Origin: Clostridia bacterium
Lineage (GTDB): Bacteria; Bacillota; Clostridia; Christensenellales; UBA1242
Reading direction: 5' to 3'
DNA: 64,000 nucleotides
NCBI GenBank assembly: GCA_028709705.1
Contig: JAQVWL010000005.1
Location: 892-64,891, forward strand
The notes under the pieces were generated by a model that was not told the origin of the DNA, ran no database searches, and saw only the letters and a program-made list of their open reading frames with translations. Shown one piece after another: positions 34,660 to 44,687 of the stretch (positions are counted from its first letter, which is position 1; each line of letters opens with the position of its first letter). The translations under genes and the position numbers were made by a program.

Positions 34660-36309
34660 ATGGACAACAAAAAATTAGCAAATTTATTATACCCAAACGC
34701 GAAACCAACAGAGTTTTGGGAAAACAAATATCCAAAAAGAAATCTTCCCAAAGGTGCAGAAGTTACAAGATTTGCACCAAGTCCAACTGGTTATTTGCAT
34801 ATTGGGCATTTTTTTCAAAGCTTGTGTGATATGTTTATTGCCAGAAGCACAAATGGAGTTTTTTATTTTAGAGTTGAAGACACAGACAAAAAAAGAGAAG
34901 TTTCAGACTCAATTGATGTTGCAATTCAAACATTGAATTTGTTTGATATTTTTTATGATGAAGGTGTTTTACAAGGTGGAACAGAAAAGGGAAATTATGG
35001 ACCTTATACGCAAAGTCAAAGAAAAGAAATATATTATTCTTTTGCCAAATATTTGGTTGAAAAAGACAGGGCTTATCCTTGTTTTTGTGAAAAACCTGAA
35101 AATTTTGCAGAAATTTTGGAAAAAAGAAGTGAACAATTAGAAGAAAATGAATTTTTGGAAGAAAAAGATGTTTGTAGAACTTTGAGTTTTGAAGAAATTG
35201 AAGAAAATTTGAAACAAAACAAACCTTTTGCATTAAGATTGAAATCGCTTGGCAATGCAGAAAAAACTTTAAAGTTTGTTGATGAAGTTAAAGGCGAAAG
35301 AGAAATTAGAGAAAATCAAAAAGATATAATTTTGATAAAAAGCAACGGTTTACCCGTTTATGCTTTTGCACACGCAGTTGATGACCATTTGATGAGAACA
35401 ACTTTGGTAGTTAGAGGCGAAGAATGGTATCCATCAGTTTCTGCACACTTGGAACTTTTTGATGCACTTGGTTTTGAAAAAGTAAAATACGCACACAACC
35501 CCGTTATTTGCAAACTTGACGAAAACGGAAACAAAAGAAAAATTTCCAAAAGAAAAGACAAAGAAGCGGATATGAGATTTTTTGTACAAGCGGGTTATCC
35601 CACAAGTGCAATTTTGGAATATCTTTTAAATTTGGCGAACAGCAATTTTGAAATTTGGCGAAAAACTAATCCAAATGCTCGTCTAAGTGAATTTAATTTT
35701 TCTGCAAAAAAAATAACCCCATCGAACCCAATGTTTGATTTTGCCAAACTTAATGACATATCAAAAACAATAATTTCAAAAATGTCTGCCAAAGAAGTGT
35801 TTGAAAATGTTTTGCTTTGGGCAAAAACATTTGACAAAAAATTTTATGAGATTTTGTTAAAAAATTTTATGTATTGCTTTGAAGTTTTTAATATCGACAG
35901 AGAAACTGCAAACCCCCGAAAAGATATTGCAAAATTTGAAGATGTGAAAATTGTTTGGGGTTATATGTTTGAAGAATTTTTTGAAAAAAAATATGAATTG
36001 GAAAAAACAAATCAAACAGATTTGAAAGAAGTTTTGAAAGAATATTGTAATATTTATAACCACAACGACACCAAAGAGCAATGGTTTGACCGTATAAAAG
36101 AAATGTCTGCAAAACTTGGTTATGCAATTGACAACAAACTTTTTAAGCAAAACCCGCAAAACTTTAAAGGTAATGTGGCATTAGTTTGCGAATATATAAG
36201 AATTGCTATAACAGGCAAGAAAAATTCGCCCGACTTGTATTCAATTTGTCAAGTTTTGGGCGAAGAAAAAACAAAAAGCAGACTGCAAATATTGCAAAAC
36301 AAATTATAA
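34660..36309 (+). CDS. gltX: glutamyl-tRNA synthetase (long form)
   Basis: RFAPSPTGYLHIGH (HIGH) and KISKRK (KMSKS). 549 aa. Whether it is discriminating cannot be told from the sequence. Confidence 0.7.
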   Translation: MDNKKLANLLYPNAKPTEFWENKYPKRNLPKGAEVTRFAPSPTGYLHIGHFFQSLCDMFIARSTNGVFYFRVEDTDKKREVSDSIDVAIQTLNLFDIFYDEGVLQGGTEKGNYGPYTQSQRKEIYYSFAKYLVEKDRAYPCFCEKPENFAEILEKRSEQLEENEFLEEKDVCRTLSFEEIEENLKQNKPFALRLKSLGNAEKTLKFVDEVKGEREIRENQKDIILIKSNGLPVYAFAHAVDDHLMRTTLVVRGEEWYPSVSAHLELFDALGFEKVKYAHNPVICKLDENGNKRKISKRKDKEADMRFFVQAGYPTSAILEYLLNLANSNFEIWRKTNPNARLSEFNFSAKKITPSNPMFDFAKLNDISKTIISKMSAKEVFENVLLWAKTFDKKFYEILLKNFMYCFEVFNIDRETANPRKDIAKFEDVKIVWGYMFEEFFEKKYELEKTNQTDLKEVLKEYCNIYNHNDTKEQWFDRIKEMSAKLGYAIDNKLFKQNPQNFKGNVALVCEYIRIAITGKKNSPDLYSICQVLGEEKTKSRLQILQNKL

Positions 36310-36310
36310 T

Positions 36311-36337
36311 AAAAAAATCCTTTTTGGGATTTTTTTA
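36311..36337. terminator. bidirectional intrinsic terminator
   Basis: A7-TCC-TTTTT-GGGA-T7. Confidence 0.55.
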
Positions 36338-36338
36338 T

Positions 36339-36926
36339 TTAGTTATGCAATTTGTTAAAATCGTTTACATTAATCGCAAAGGTAACCAAATCTGTATTAG
36401 CATCATTAAATTGGTCTTTAAGTACCTTTTTTATTTTGGCAATAAATTCATTTCTCATAACCGAAAAAACAATTTCTTTGTTGCTGTTTATTTGCATTCC
36501 CATAAATTCGTTAAAGTCTGCACCGCCACCTCTTGCATCAAAAATTGTCACACCAGATTGACATTCTTTTCTTATGATATCGGCAACTTTTTCGCCCTGA
36601 CCGGCATTTATTATTGCCACAAACATTTTGTTTTCTGTTTCCATTTCATCATCTCCTAAAATCGTGAACATTATTCCATTGTTTGGTTTGTTGTAATTTG
36701 CTAATATATTTTTTAAAATAACTCGTCTGTTTTCTTCGCTAGTTTGAAAAATTATGGCAACCCTTTTATTTTCTGCAAAACCAATGAAATCTAAAAAATT
36801 TGTATTGGTTGTGTAGCCTTTACAGTTTGGAAAAACCATAAAATTTATTTCCAAACTTTTAAGCAAATCAAAAATTTTTTCGGCAATAGTTTCTGTTGTA
36901 ATCAAAAACTCAAAATTATTATTCAA
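36339..36926 (-). CDS. P-II-like (GlnB-fold) protein, apparently tandem domains
   Basis: 195 aa. VAIINAGQGEKVADIIRKECQSGVTIFDARGGG resembles the P-II fold. Overlaps the upstream membrane gene by 8 nt. Confidence 0.5.
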   Translation of the reverse strand: MNNNFEFLITTETIAEKIFDLLKSLEINFMVFPNCKGYTTNTNFLDFIGFAENKRVAIIFQTSEENRRVILKNILANYNKPNNGIMFTILGDDEMETENKMFVAIINAGQGEKVADIIRKECQSGVTIFDARGGGADFNEFMGMQINSNKEIVFSVMRNEFIAKIKKVLKDQFNDANTDLVTFAINVNDFNKLHN

Positions 36927-38382
36927 TTTCGTTTTCCTCCTTTTTTAAAATTTGCTTCTTTTTTAAATTATATATTAAACCAAGTATCTGAATTGTTAAT
37001 ATTGGTAAGGTCGCAACCAAGCCCGCTAAACCAAAACCATACAAAAGTATGTCATTTCCAAGTGCAGTACACATTCCCATACAAATTGGTAAAATAAAAG
37101 CAACAGTCATTGTTCCTGATGCTATACCTCCGCTGTCAAACGCTATAGCAGTAAAAATTTTGGGTATAAAAAAGTTTAGTATCAACATCAAAGCATAAAG
37201 CGGTGCAAAAATATACCACAAACTTATTTTAAATACTATGTGGAAAAAAGTTATAAGGATTGCCAAAGAAACGCCGATTCCAATTGTAATAAAAACTAAT
37301 TTCTTTTTCAAAAAACCTGAGGTAACTTTTTCTATTTGTTGAACAAGTACAACTGTTGCTGGGTCTGTATAAACAATTACCATACCAATCAAAAGTCCAA
37401 AAACAAAAATTATCCAAAGATTTATTCCGCTTGCAATATTTTGACCAATAAAAGTTCCCATTTCAGAAAATCCAAAATAAATACCCGTTAAGAAAAATAT
37501 AAGACCAAGCCCGGCAGTGACAAGTCCAACAACAATTTTTATTGCTTGTTTTAATGGCAATTTTAGCATAGAAAATTGTGTGATTATAAAAGTAATAATC
37601 AAAGGTGAAATTGCAAGACAAACATCTAAAAATTCGTTTTTAAAAATGCCAACAAAACTTGTTGTAAGTTCGCCACTAGAAATTGTGTTAGCGGGTTCGC
37701 CAAAAAGCACGCCCAAAAGCAAAACCGCAATTATTGGACCCGTTGAAGCAATAGCAACTGCACCAAAACTATCTTTTTTGCTGTTTTTGCCTTTTATTGC
37801 ACAAATTCCTATAACAAGTGCAAGTATAAAAGGCACGGTTATTGAACCCGTTGCAACTCCGCCCGCATCAAAAGAAAATCCCAAATATGATTCTGGGCAA
37901 AACATTGCAAGAACAAAAATAATTGCATAAAGAACAATCAAGACCCATCTTAATGAAATGTTTTTTAAAATTCTAAATATCGCAAAGCTAACCAAAAGCC
38001 CGCAACCAATACCAATCAAAGAAAGTAGCATAAATGTTGTAAAAAAAGAACTTATGCCCGTTAATTGCCCCACCAAAACTTGAACATCGGGTTCAGCAAT
38101 TGTTGAAACCATACCAAACAAAAAGCCAAAAAGTATTATTATCCAAACTTTTTTTATTTTCATAAGACTAGATCCTATTGACTCGCCCATTTTTATAACA
38201 CTTTGGTCAACAGATACCAAAAAAATTGCTTGCCCCAAAGACAACAAACCCGCCCCAATTAAAAACTTGACAAAAATTGTGCTATCGTAAGGAATAACTC
38301 CACATAGCAACAATAAAAAAACCAATGCCACTATTGTTGAAGTCGCAAGCAACGAAGAAAAAAATTGCTTTAAAAATTTCAT
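36919..38382 (-). CDS. polytopic membrane protein (DUF1538-like internal duplication), putative transporter
   Basis: About 12 TM segments in two similar halves (..FDAGGVATGSITVPF.. and ..FDSGGIASGTMTVAF..). Coupled to a P-II-like gene. Confidence 0.5.
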   Translation of the reverse strand: MKFLKQFFSSLLATSTIVALVFLLLLCGVIPYDSTIFVKFLIGAGLLSLGQAIFLVSVDQSVIKMGESIGSSLMKIKKVWIIILFGFLFGMVSTIAEPDVQVLVGQLTGISSFFTTFMLLSLIGIGCGLLVSFAIFRILKNISLRWVLIVLYAIIFVLAMFCPESYLGFSFDAGGVATGSITVPFILALVIGICAIKGKNSKKDSFGAVAIASTGPIIAVLLLGVLFGEPANTISSGELTTSFVGIFKNEFLDVCLAISPLIITFIITQFSMLKLPLKQAIKIVVGLVTAGLGLIFFLTGIYFGFSEMGTFIGQNIASGINLWIIFVFGLLIGMVIVYTDPATVVLVQQIEKVTSGFLKKKLVFITIGIGVSLAILITFFHIVFKISLWYIFAPLYALMLILNFFIPKIFTAIAFDSGGIASGTMTVAFILPICMGMCTALGNDILLYGFGLAGLVATLPILTIQILGLIYNLKKKQILKKEENEIE

Positions 38383-38445
38383 TTGTTATATTTTACATTT
38401 AACCAATGTTTTTGTCAAACAGAAAGCATAATAATTGAAACAAAT

Positions 38446-39156
38446 TTACTCTCGGTAGATTAAAATGGAAGCGATAAAGCGAATAAAATATAATATTGAA
38501 ACAACAAGGCTTGCGACATAGGTTTGTGCGGCGGCATTAAGAACAACTTTTGCGCCCTTAACTTCGGTGGTATCTAATGCTCCGCTATCCACTAGGCAAG
38601 TTAATGCTCTGCTTGAAGCATTAAATTCAACAGGCAATGTGACAAGCGATAAAACTACTGACACGCCAAAAAATATTACGCCAGCCCAAAGAAAAACATC
38701 GCCCAAACTTGTGTATGCGCCAAAAGAAAATATCATTCCAATAATAATAAGTGGCCACAAAAGAGTTGAGCAAATATTGCTAACAACAACCAAACTGCTT
38801 CGAATTTTTAAAAAAGCATAGCCATCTGCGTGTTGTATTGCGTGACCTGCTTCGTGTGCGGCAACACCTAATGCGCTAATAGAAGTTGAATTGTAAACAC
38901 TTTCAGACAAACTTAAAGTTTTTGTTTTGGGGTTATAATTGTCAGTCAAGTTTCCGCTTATTGCTTTTATTTCAACATCTGTTATGCCCGCTCTTGTCAA
39001 AATTATTTTGCAAGCATCTTTTGCTGTATAACCTTTTGAACTGTGAACGGTTTTATAAGTATTAAAGGCATTATGCACTTTTGCTTGAACAATAATTGCA
39101 TAAATAAGCCCCGGTAAAACTAAAATTCCCATTATATAATAAGTTAAATAAAACAT
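38446..39156 (-). CDS. YugP-type membrane zinc metallopeptidase
   Basis: GVAAHEAGHAIQH plus N- and C-terminal TM segments. Confidence 0.75.
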   Translation of the reverse strand: MFYLTYYIMGILVLPGLIYAIIVQAKVHNAFNTYKTVHSSKGYTAKDACKIILTRAGITDVEIKAISGNLTDNYNPKTKTLSLSESVYNSTSISALGVAAHEAGHAIQHADGYAFLKIRSSLVVVSNICSTLLWPLIIIGMIFSFGAYTSLGDVFLWAGVIFFGVSVVLSLVTLPVEFNASSRALTCLVDSGALDTTEVKGAKVVLNAAAQTYVASLVVSILYFIRFIASILIYRE

Positions 39157-39223
39157 TTTTTTTCCTTTTTTTATTTTATAGTATATGTATTTATATTATT
39201 TTTGCAAACAAATTATCTATTTG

Positions 39224-39970
39224 TTAAAATATTTTTGTTTTGCGAGTAAGACCTGTCCAAGCAAATATTGCTCTAAAAAAATCTGCTGTGTAAGTTTTTT
39301 TTGCAAGGTTTAAAAACTTTTTGGCAAGAAATAACTCATTTGGACTTAAAATTTGCAAGTCATTTAACAGTTTTAGGGCAATATTTGAAGCATCTTTTTC
39401 CAATTTTATGGTTTGAAATTTTAAAATAAGTGCTATAACAAACGAAACTAAAATTAAACCAAAGCCCAAAATTGCGAAAACGATTTGTTCGGTTAGCAAA
39501 AAATATATTGATATAAAAAACAATGGATAAATTAACAAACCCAAAAACTTAACAAATTTTGACAAGTTATAATTTTTGACCAAAATTTTTGTGTTTTTAA
39601 AATGTTGCACTGCATGCCCAAACTCGTGAGCCACTATGGCAAGTGAAGCAATGTTGTTTCCAAAGGCAATATCACTTGTCAAAGACACTTTGAACTGCGA
39701 AGGCGAGTATGCACCATTTGATTTTATTTCATCTTCTGATTGAACTTCCGTTTTGACCATATTGTTAAAGTTTTTTGCACTGATAAAATTTCCCAAACTT
39801 AACGCATTGCCATCATAAGTCGTTCCTATATTTTTCATTTTTTCATAACCCGCAATATAACTGTCAAACGCATAATTTGCCAATGTTATACCCAACAAAA
39901 CAAAAATGACAAACAAGCCAACTAATATAACTATAATATTTTCACTTATAAACAAAAACAAATTTTCCAC
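39224..39970 (-). CDS. YugP-type membrane zinc metallopeptidase (paralog)
   Basis: AIVAHEFGHAVQH with the same architecture. Confidence 0.7.
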   Translation of the reverse strand: MENLFLFISENIIVILVGLFVIFVLLGITLANYAFDSYIAGYEKMKNIGTTYDGNALSLGNFISAKNFNNMVKTEVQSEDEIKSNGAYSPSQFKVSLTSDIAFGNNIASLAIVAHEFGHAVQHFKNTKILVKNYNLSKFVKFLGLLIYPLFFISIYFLLTEQIVFAILGFGLILVSFVIALILKFQTIKLEKDASNIALKLLNDLQILSPNELFLAKKFLNLAKKTYTADFFRAIFAWTGLTRKTKIF

Positions 39971-39990
39971 TATTTAAGTATATACAAAAA

Positions 39991-40878
39991 TTATTTTTTT
40001 GCAAGAAAATTGAATATATCATTATAAACTTCTACTCTGTTTTTTTCGTGAAGCAAACTGTGTCTTGCCTCGGAATATATAGTCATTTTTGCATTTAGTC
40101 CCGCATTTTTGTAAACTGAATAAAGTTTGAAAACACTTTTGCCAAAACTTCCTATTGGGTCATCACTACCGCTGAAAATTGCAATTGGAATAGCCTTGTC
40201 AATTTTGCCAATATCTTTGTAAAGCGAATAAAGATTTGTGAACAAACTTTCATAAAACGCAGTAGAAAAAGGTATTCGACATAATCTATCACTTCTTAAA
40301 AAATTTTCTTGCTCTTCATCGCTTGTTATCCAACTGTTTTTTGTATAGTTTTTATTATACTTTCCAAACACTTTTCTTTCTATATATCTAGCACATTTTT
40401 CTTTGTTTTTAAATTTGCTAGCAAATTTTACAAGTTTTTCGCCGTACCAAACTTTTGGTTGTTTCATATAAGCGCTTCCAAGCAAAACAAATTTGCTAAT
40501 GTTTTTGTTTTTGGGCATATATGCTTGTGCAATGAACGAACCATAAGAATGACCTATCATATAAATAGGTAGATTGTATTTAGATTTTAGCATACTGCTT
40601 ATGCAAAGTTGGTCATAAACACTTTTGCCAAAAATATCGCCGTCCGCTTTGCCAATTTCGGATATTTTTTTGCAAGTTTTCCCGTGCGCTCTTTGGTCCA
40701 CCATATAAACAACGAAACCTTTTTTGTTTAAAAATTCAGCAAATTGAAAATAAGGTTTGCAATATTCTTGCATTCCGTGAACAAACTGCACAACGCCCTT
40801 TGGTTTTGTTGAAGGTTCAAAAATATATGCGTGTAAAACTATGTCATCATAGCACTTAAATTTTTCTTCTTCCATCAT
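39991..40878 (-). CDS. alpha/beta hydrolase (lysophospholipase-like)
   Basis: VHGMQEY and GHSYGS (GxSxG). Confidence 0.75.
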   Translation of the reverse strand: MMEEEKFKCYDDIVLHAYIFEPSTKPKGVVQFVHGMQEYCKPYFQFAEFLNKKGFVVYMVDQRAHGKTCKKISEIGKADGDIFGKSVYDQLCISSMLKSKYNLPIYMIGHSYGSFIAQAYMPKNKNISKFVLLGSAYMKQPKVWYGEKLVKFASKFKNKEKCARYIERKVFGKYNKNYTKNSWITSDEEQENFLRSDRLCRIPFSTAFYESLFTNLYSLYKDIGKIDKAIPIAIFSGSDDPIGSFGKSVFKLYSVYKNAGLNAKMTIYSEARHSLLHEKNRVEVYNDIFNFLAKK

Positions 40879-41422
40879 TTACCTTTTTAAATTTTTTTAC
40901 CAGAACTCTATTTCCTTGCCTTTCAACAATTATTACCTTTTTGCCCTTTTTTATTGCCTTATCAACCGCTTCTGCATCAATTTCTGAATTGTCTTCAATC
41001 AAAATCACTTTGCCAAAACCTTCTGCTTTTGCGGGTATTTTAACACTTACAACGCCAAGTTCACCAATTTGCCCAAGTGGTGTTCGGTCAAAAAACGCAA
41101 CAATTATGGCAACAATAGCACCCAAGAAAAGCCCCACAAAAATTGAAAGCCAAATTGGCAAGTATATTGAAAGCATAAAAGCAACCGAAGTTGCAATTGT
41201 AAAACAAAATATACTTCCCCTTATTGTAAAAGCATTAAACAAAAATCCATTTACGCTTTCAAAATTTTCTTGGTTGTCGTCTATGTCATCAGTGTTGACA
41301 ATTTTTTTGTGTTTATGAAAGCCGGACAAGGCAAAAATTGCATAGGCAATAATCAAGACAATACCCAAACAACCCATTACAAACAAAATATTTTGGAACA
41401 ATGTTAAATTTTGGAATATCAT
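40856..41422 (-). CDS. NfeD-like membrane protein (tentative)
   Basis: TM segments, then GELGVVSVKIPAKAEGFGKVILIEDNSEIDAEA..VIIVERQGNRVLVKK, an OB-like tail. Confidence 0.4.
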   Translation of the reverse strand: MIFQNLTLFQNILFVMGCLGIVLIIAYAIFALSGFHKHKKIVNTDDIDDNQENFESVNGFLFNAFTIRGSIFCFTIATSVAFMLSIYLPIWLSIFVGLFLGAIVAIIVAFFDRTPLGQIGELGVVSVKIPAKAEGFGKVILIEDNSEIDAEAVDKAIKKGKKVIIVERQGNRVLVKKFKKVNDGRRKI

Positions 41423-41541
41423 ATTTAACTCCTTTATATTTCTAATATAACATTACAAAAAATATTTATCAAATAAAATAAAAAAATTGTTGAAAATAAT
41501 AATTTTGCATTAAACAAAATCAAATAGAATATTTTATTATT

Positions 41542-42300
41542 ATGACAATTTGGATTGCCATATTTTATGGAATTTTGCAAGGAGCAACTGAGTTTTTACC
41601 CGTTTCATCTAGCGGGCATTTGGTTTTGTTTTATAATATTTTTGGTGTTGAATGCAATTTTATTTTTTTTAGTTTGTTATTGCATTTTGCCACGCTTTTG
41701 GCTATAGTAGTTGTTTTGAAAAAACAAATTTGGTTTTTGATAAAAAATCCTTTTTGCAAAAACGCTTTGCAACTTTATTTGGCAACCATTCCAACAATTG
41801 TTATTGTTTTGATTTTTGAAAAATTTTTTAAAAGTGCTTTTACGGGGTTATACCTACCTATTTGCTTTTTAATAACTGCAACATTTCTTTTGATTGCTGA
41901 GTTTTTTGGCAGAAAAAAAACAAAAAATCTTACAACAAAAACGGGGTTAATTATGGGTATTGCACAAGGTATTGCAGTTTTGCCGGGGATTTCAAGGTCA
42001 GGTGCAACAATTTGTGCGGGGCTTTTTTGCGGAGCAAAAAGAGAAGATGCCACCCAATTTTCGTTTTTGATGAGCATTCCAATAATTTTGGCTTCAATGT
42101 GCTATGAACTTCTTGATTGCATAAAAAATGGTATGCCACTTTTTGACACACCAGTTTTTGAAACTTTTGTTTCGTTTGTATTTGCATTTTTTGTTGGTGT
42201 TTTGTGCATAAAATTTATGTTAAAAACTTTGCAAAAAATAAAACTATATTGGTTTTCTATTTATTTAATATTACTTTCAATCCTTTCTTTTGCATTATAA
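41542..42300 (+). CDS. uppP: undecaprenyl-diphosphatase
   Basis: GATEFLPVSSSGHL and PGISRSGATI. Confidence 0.85.
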   Translation: MTIWIAIFYGILQGATEFLPVSSSGHLVLFYNIFGVECNFIFFSLLLHFATLLAIVVVLKKQIWFLIKNPFCKNALQLYLATIPTIVIVLIFEKFFKSAFTGLYLPICFLITATFLLIAEFFGRKKTKNLTTKTGLIMGIAQGIAVLPGISRSGATICAGLFCGAKREDATQFSFLMSIPIILASMCYELLDCIKNGMPLFDTPVFETFVSFVFAFFVGVLCIKFMLKTLQKIKLYWFSIYLILLSILSFAL

Positions 42301-42301
42301 T

Positions 42302-43315
42302 TTATTTTGCAACGATGCTTATTGTTTTTTGCGTGCCATTTTGAACATAAGAAATGTCGACCTTGTCACCTTTATTTAAAGAATAAATTGCTTTTCTAAA
42401 ATCTAGCATATTTGTTATTTTACTAGAATTTATGCCAGTTATTACATCTCCTATATTTAATTCTGCACTTGATATTGGTGAATCTTTTAGTATATCAATA
42501 ATATAAACACCTTTTTCTTGGTCTGTTTGCTCCTTAAACCTTGCAAGTTCGGCATCACAACCAAAAATGCCTAAATTTACTTGCTGAAAATTGTTGTTGG
42601 GAATAATTCTTGCTGTTATTGTTGTTGCTGTTTCAATAGGTATTGCAAAACCAATACCTTCTGCATCTGATGCTTTTAAGGAATTTATTCCAATAATTTT
42701 GCCCATTGAATTTATTAGTGGTCCGCCACTGTTCCCTGCATTGATACTTGCATCGTGTTGAATCAAATTTTGCATATATGTTGTGTAGCCACTGATACTT
42801 TGAATTTCCAAAGTTCTGTTTAACGCACTGACAATACCTTTTGTTACAGTGTGTTGAAATTGCAATGAAATGGGCGTTCCAACTGCCAAAACATCATCTC
42901 CGACCGAAACTTCGCTTAATGGGGAAGTGGCAAGATATGGTATATTTTTTTCTGATTTTATAATTGCAATGTCCAAACTTGAATCACTCCATATCAAACT
43001 AGCATTGCCAATATCTTTGTCTGCAAAATAAACTTTTATTTTTGTTGCACCAACAATTACGTGTTGATTTGTTAAAATATAACCGCCATCTGCAACCGCC
43101 ACACCACTGCCCAAACTAGTTCCATAAGGTAAAGTGGCAGAAATACCTACTATGGCACTTCTTACCACATTGACAACATCGGAAGATGACATTGTGGTTG
43201 TGGAAGATATAAGCCTTGGGGTCATATCAACAGTGTTATCAAGTGCCAAACTTCCACAACTTGAAAAACTTAAAGAAATACATATCAAAAATAAAAAAAC
43301 CACAAATTTTTTCAT
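42302..43315 (-). CDS. htrA: HtrA/DegP-family serine protease with PDZ domain
   Basis: GNSGGPLIN and the catalytic His region TNQHVI. Start moved to the ATG at 43315, preceded by AGGAG. Confidence 0.85.
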   Translation of the reverse strand: MKKFVVFLFLICISLSFSSCGSLALDNTVDMTPRLISSTTTMSSSDVVNVVRSAIVGISATLPYGTSLGSGVAVADGGYILTNQHVIVGATKIKVYFADKDIGNASLIWSDSSLDIAIIKSEKNIPYLATSPLSEVSVGDDVLAVGTPISLQFQHTVTKGIVSALNRTLEIQSISGYTTYMQNLIQHDASINAGNSGGPLINSMGKIIGINSLKASDAEGIGFAIPIETATTITARIIPNNNFQQVNLGIFGCDAELARFKEQTDQEKGVYIIDILKDSPISSAELNIGDVITGINSSKITNMLDFRKAIYSLNKGDKVDISYVQNGTQKTISIVAK

Positions 43316-43347
43316 AAAAATCTCCTGTAAGATTTCCAAATTTGCGG

Positions 43348-44127
43348 TTAAAGTTTAAAAATTGCTCTTGGAACTGTTGTTGCAACATCTATTTTTATAT
43401 TTTTGCCTTCTATTATACCACATTCGCTTAAATAGTTTTTTATGTATTGATATGCAAATTCAGGGGTGTTGTTTTCAGTGCTTAAATGCGACAAAACAAT
43501 TTGTTTGCAACCCATTTGAGCAAGCCAGACAATGGCCTCTGCACAATCTTGATTAGACAAATGCCCCCTCATTCCCAAAATTCTTTGTTTTAAAGTTGCG
43601 GGATAGTGCGAATTTTCTAGCAACATTTTTTTGTCGTGATTGGCTTCCAAAAAAACTAAACTGCTTCCTGCAAGATTTTGGAATATCTCAGAGTTAGTAT
43701 GTCCCAAATCTGTAATAATACTTATTTTTTTTTCACATTCCTTAAAAGTATAACCAGTGCAACGTTTTACATCGTGCGGAAGCGGAACGGTTGACACAGT
43801 TATGTCTTTTATTGCAAAATTAAAATCGTTGAACAATTGAATGTTTAAATTGCATTTTAGCTTGTTCAAAAGCGGTATATATCCATCTTCATGCACAAAA
43901 ATTGCTGTTTTGTGCTTTTTTGCAAAATTTTCTAGACCTTTGATATGGTCATAATGTTCGTGCGTTATCATAATAGCATCAATTTGGCAAGGCTCAACGC
44001 CCAAAAGTTTCAATCTTGTTTCAGTTTCTTTGCAAGAAAGACCAATATCGACCAGTAATTTCGCCGAAGTGCTTTCAATATATGTTAAATTCCCATCACT
44101 GCCAGAAGACAAATTGCAAATTTTCAT
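43348..44127 (-). CDS. YycJ/WalJ-like MBL-fold hydrolase
   Basis: ITHEHYDHIKGL. Sits upstream of htrA as in Bacillus yycJ-yyxA. Confidence 0.75.
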   Translation of the reverse strand: MKICNLSSGSDGNLTYIESTSAKLLVDIGLSCKETETRLKLLGVEPCQIDAIMITHEHYDHIKGLENFAKKHKTAIFVHEDGYIPLLNKLKCNLNIQLFNDFNFAIKDITVSTVPLPHDVKRCTGYTFKECEKKISIITDLGHTNSEIFQNLAGSSLVFLEANHDKKMLLENSHYPATLKQRILGMRGHLSNQDCAEAIVWLAQMGCKQIVLSHLSTENNTPEFAYQYIKNYLSECGIIEGKNIKIDVATTVPRAIFKL

Positions 44128-44246
44128 AAACCAATTATATCACACCGCACAAAAAAAGCAATTGAAATTCCAATTGCAACAAAAAGCATATTTATTTGAC
44201 TATTTTTTGGCGTTGTGATAGCATATATTAACAAAAAGGAGAGATT

Positions 44247-44684
44247 ATGGAGATTTGGATTTGGACAATTATTATAGCAGTTTCTTTGGTTGTTGAATTT
44301 GCAACTATGCAACTAGTTTCAGTGTGGCTTGCTTTGGGTGCATTGGTTGGACTTGTTTTGGCACTTATTGGCGGTATTGGAATTGAAGTTCAAATTGTTG
44401 TTGCTGTTTTAATTGCCGTTGGCTCAATTATTGGTTTGAGAAAATTTGCTTTAAAATTTCTTAACAACAAAAGCGAAGATCAAAAAGCAGAAATGTTAAT
44501 TGGCAAAAAAAGTAAAATTGTTGAAGAAATTGATAATGAAAATTTTGGCACAATTAAAATTAATGGGGTTTTGTGGACTGCTTACGCTGACAAAAAAATT
44601 TTGAAGAATGAAGAAGTTGAAGTCGTTGAAGTTAACGGCAATAAACTGAAAGTTAAAAAAATTGTTATAAAAAAAGGAGAATAA
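44247..44684 (+). CDS. NfeD-family protein
   Basis: 3 TM segments plus an OB tail (GTIKINGVLWTAYA...VEVVEVNGNKLKV). Precedes an SPFH gene. Confidence 0.75.
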   Translation: MEIWIWTIIIAVSLVVEFATMQLVSVWLALGALVGLVLALIGGIGIEVQIVVAVLIAVGSIIGLRKFALKFLNNKSEDQKAEMLIGKKSKIVEEIDNENFGTIKINGVLWTAYADKKILKNEEVEVVEVNGNKLKVKKIVIKKGE

Positions 44685-44687
44685 AAA

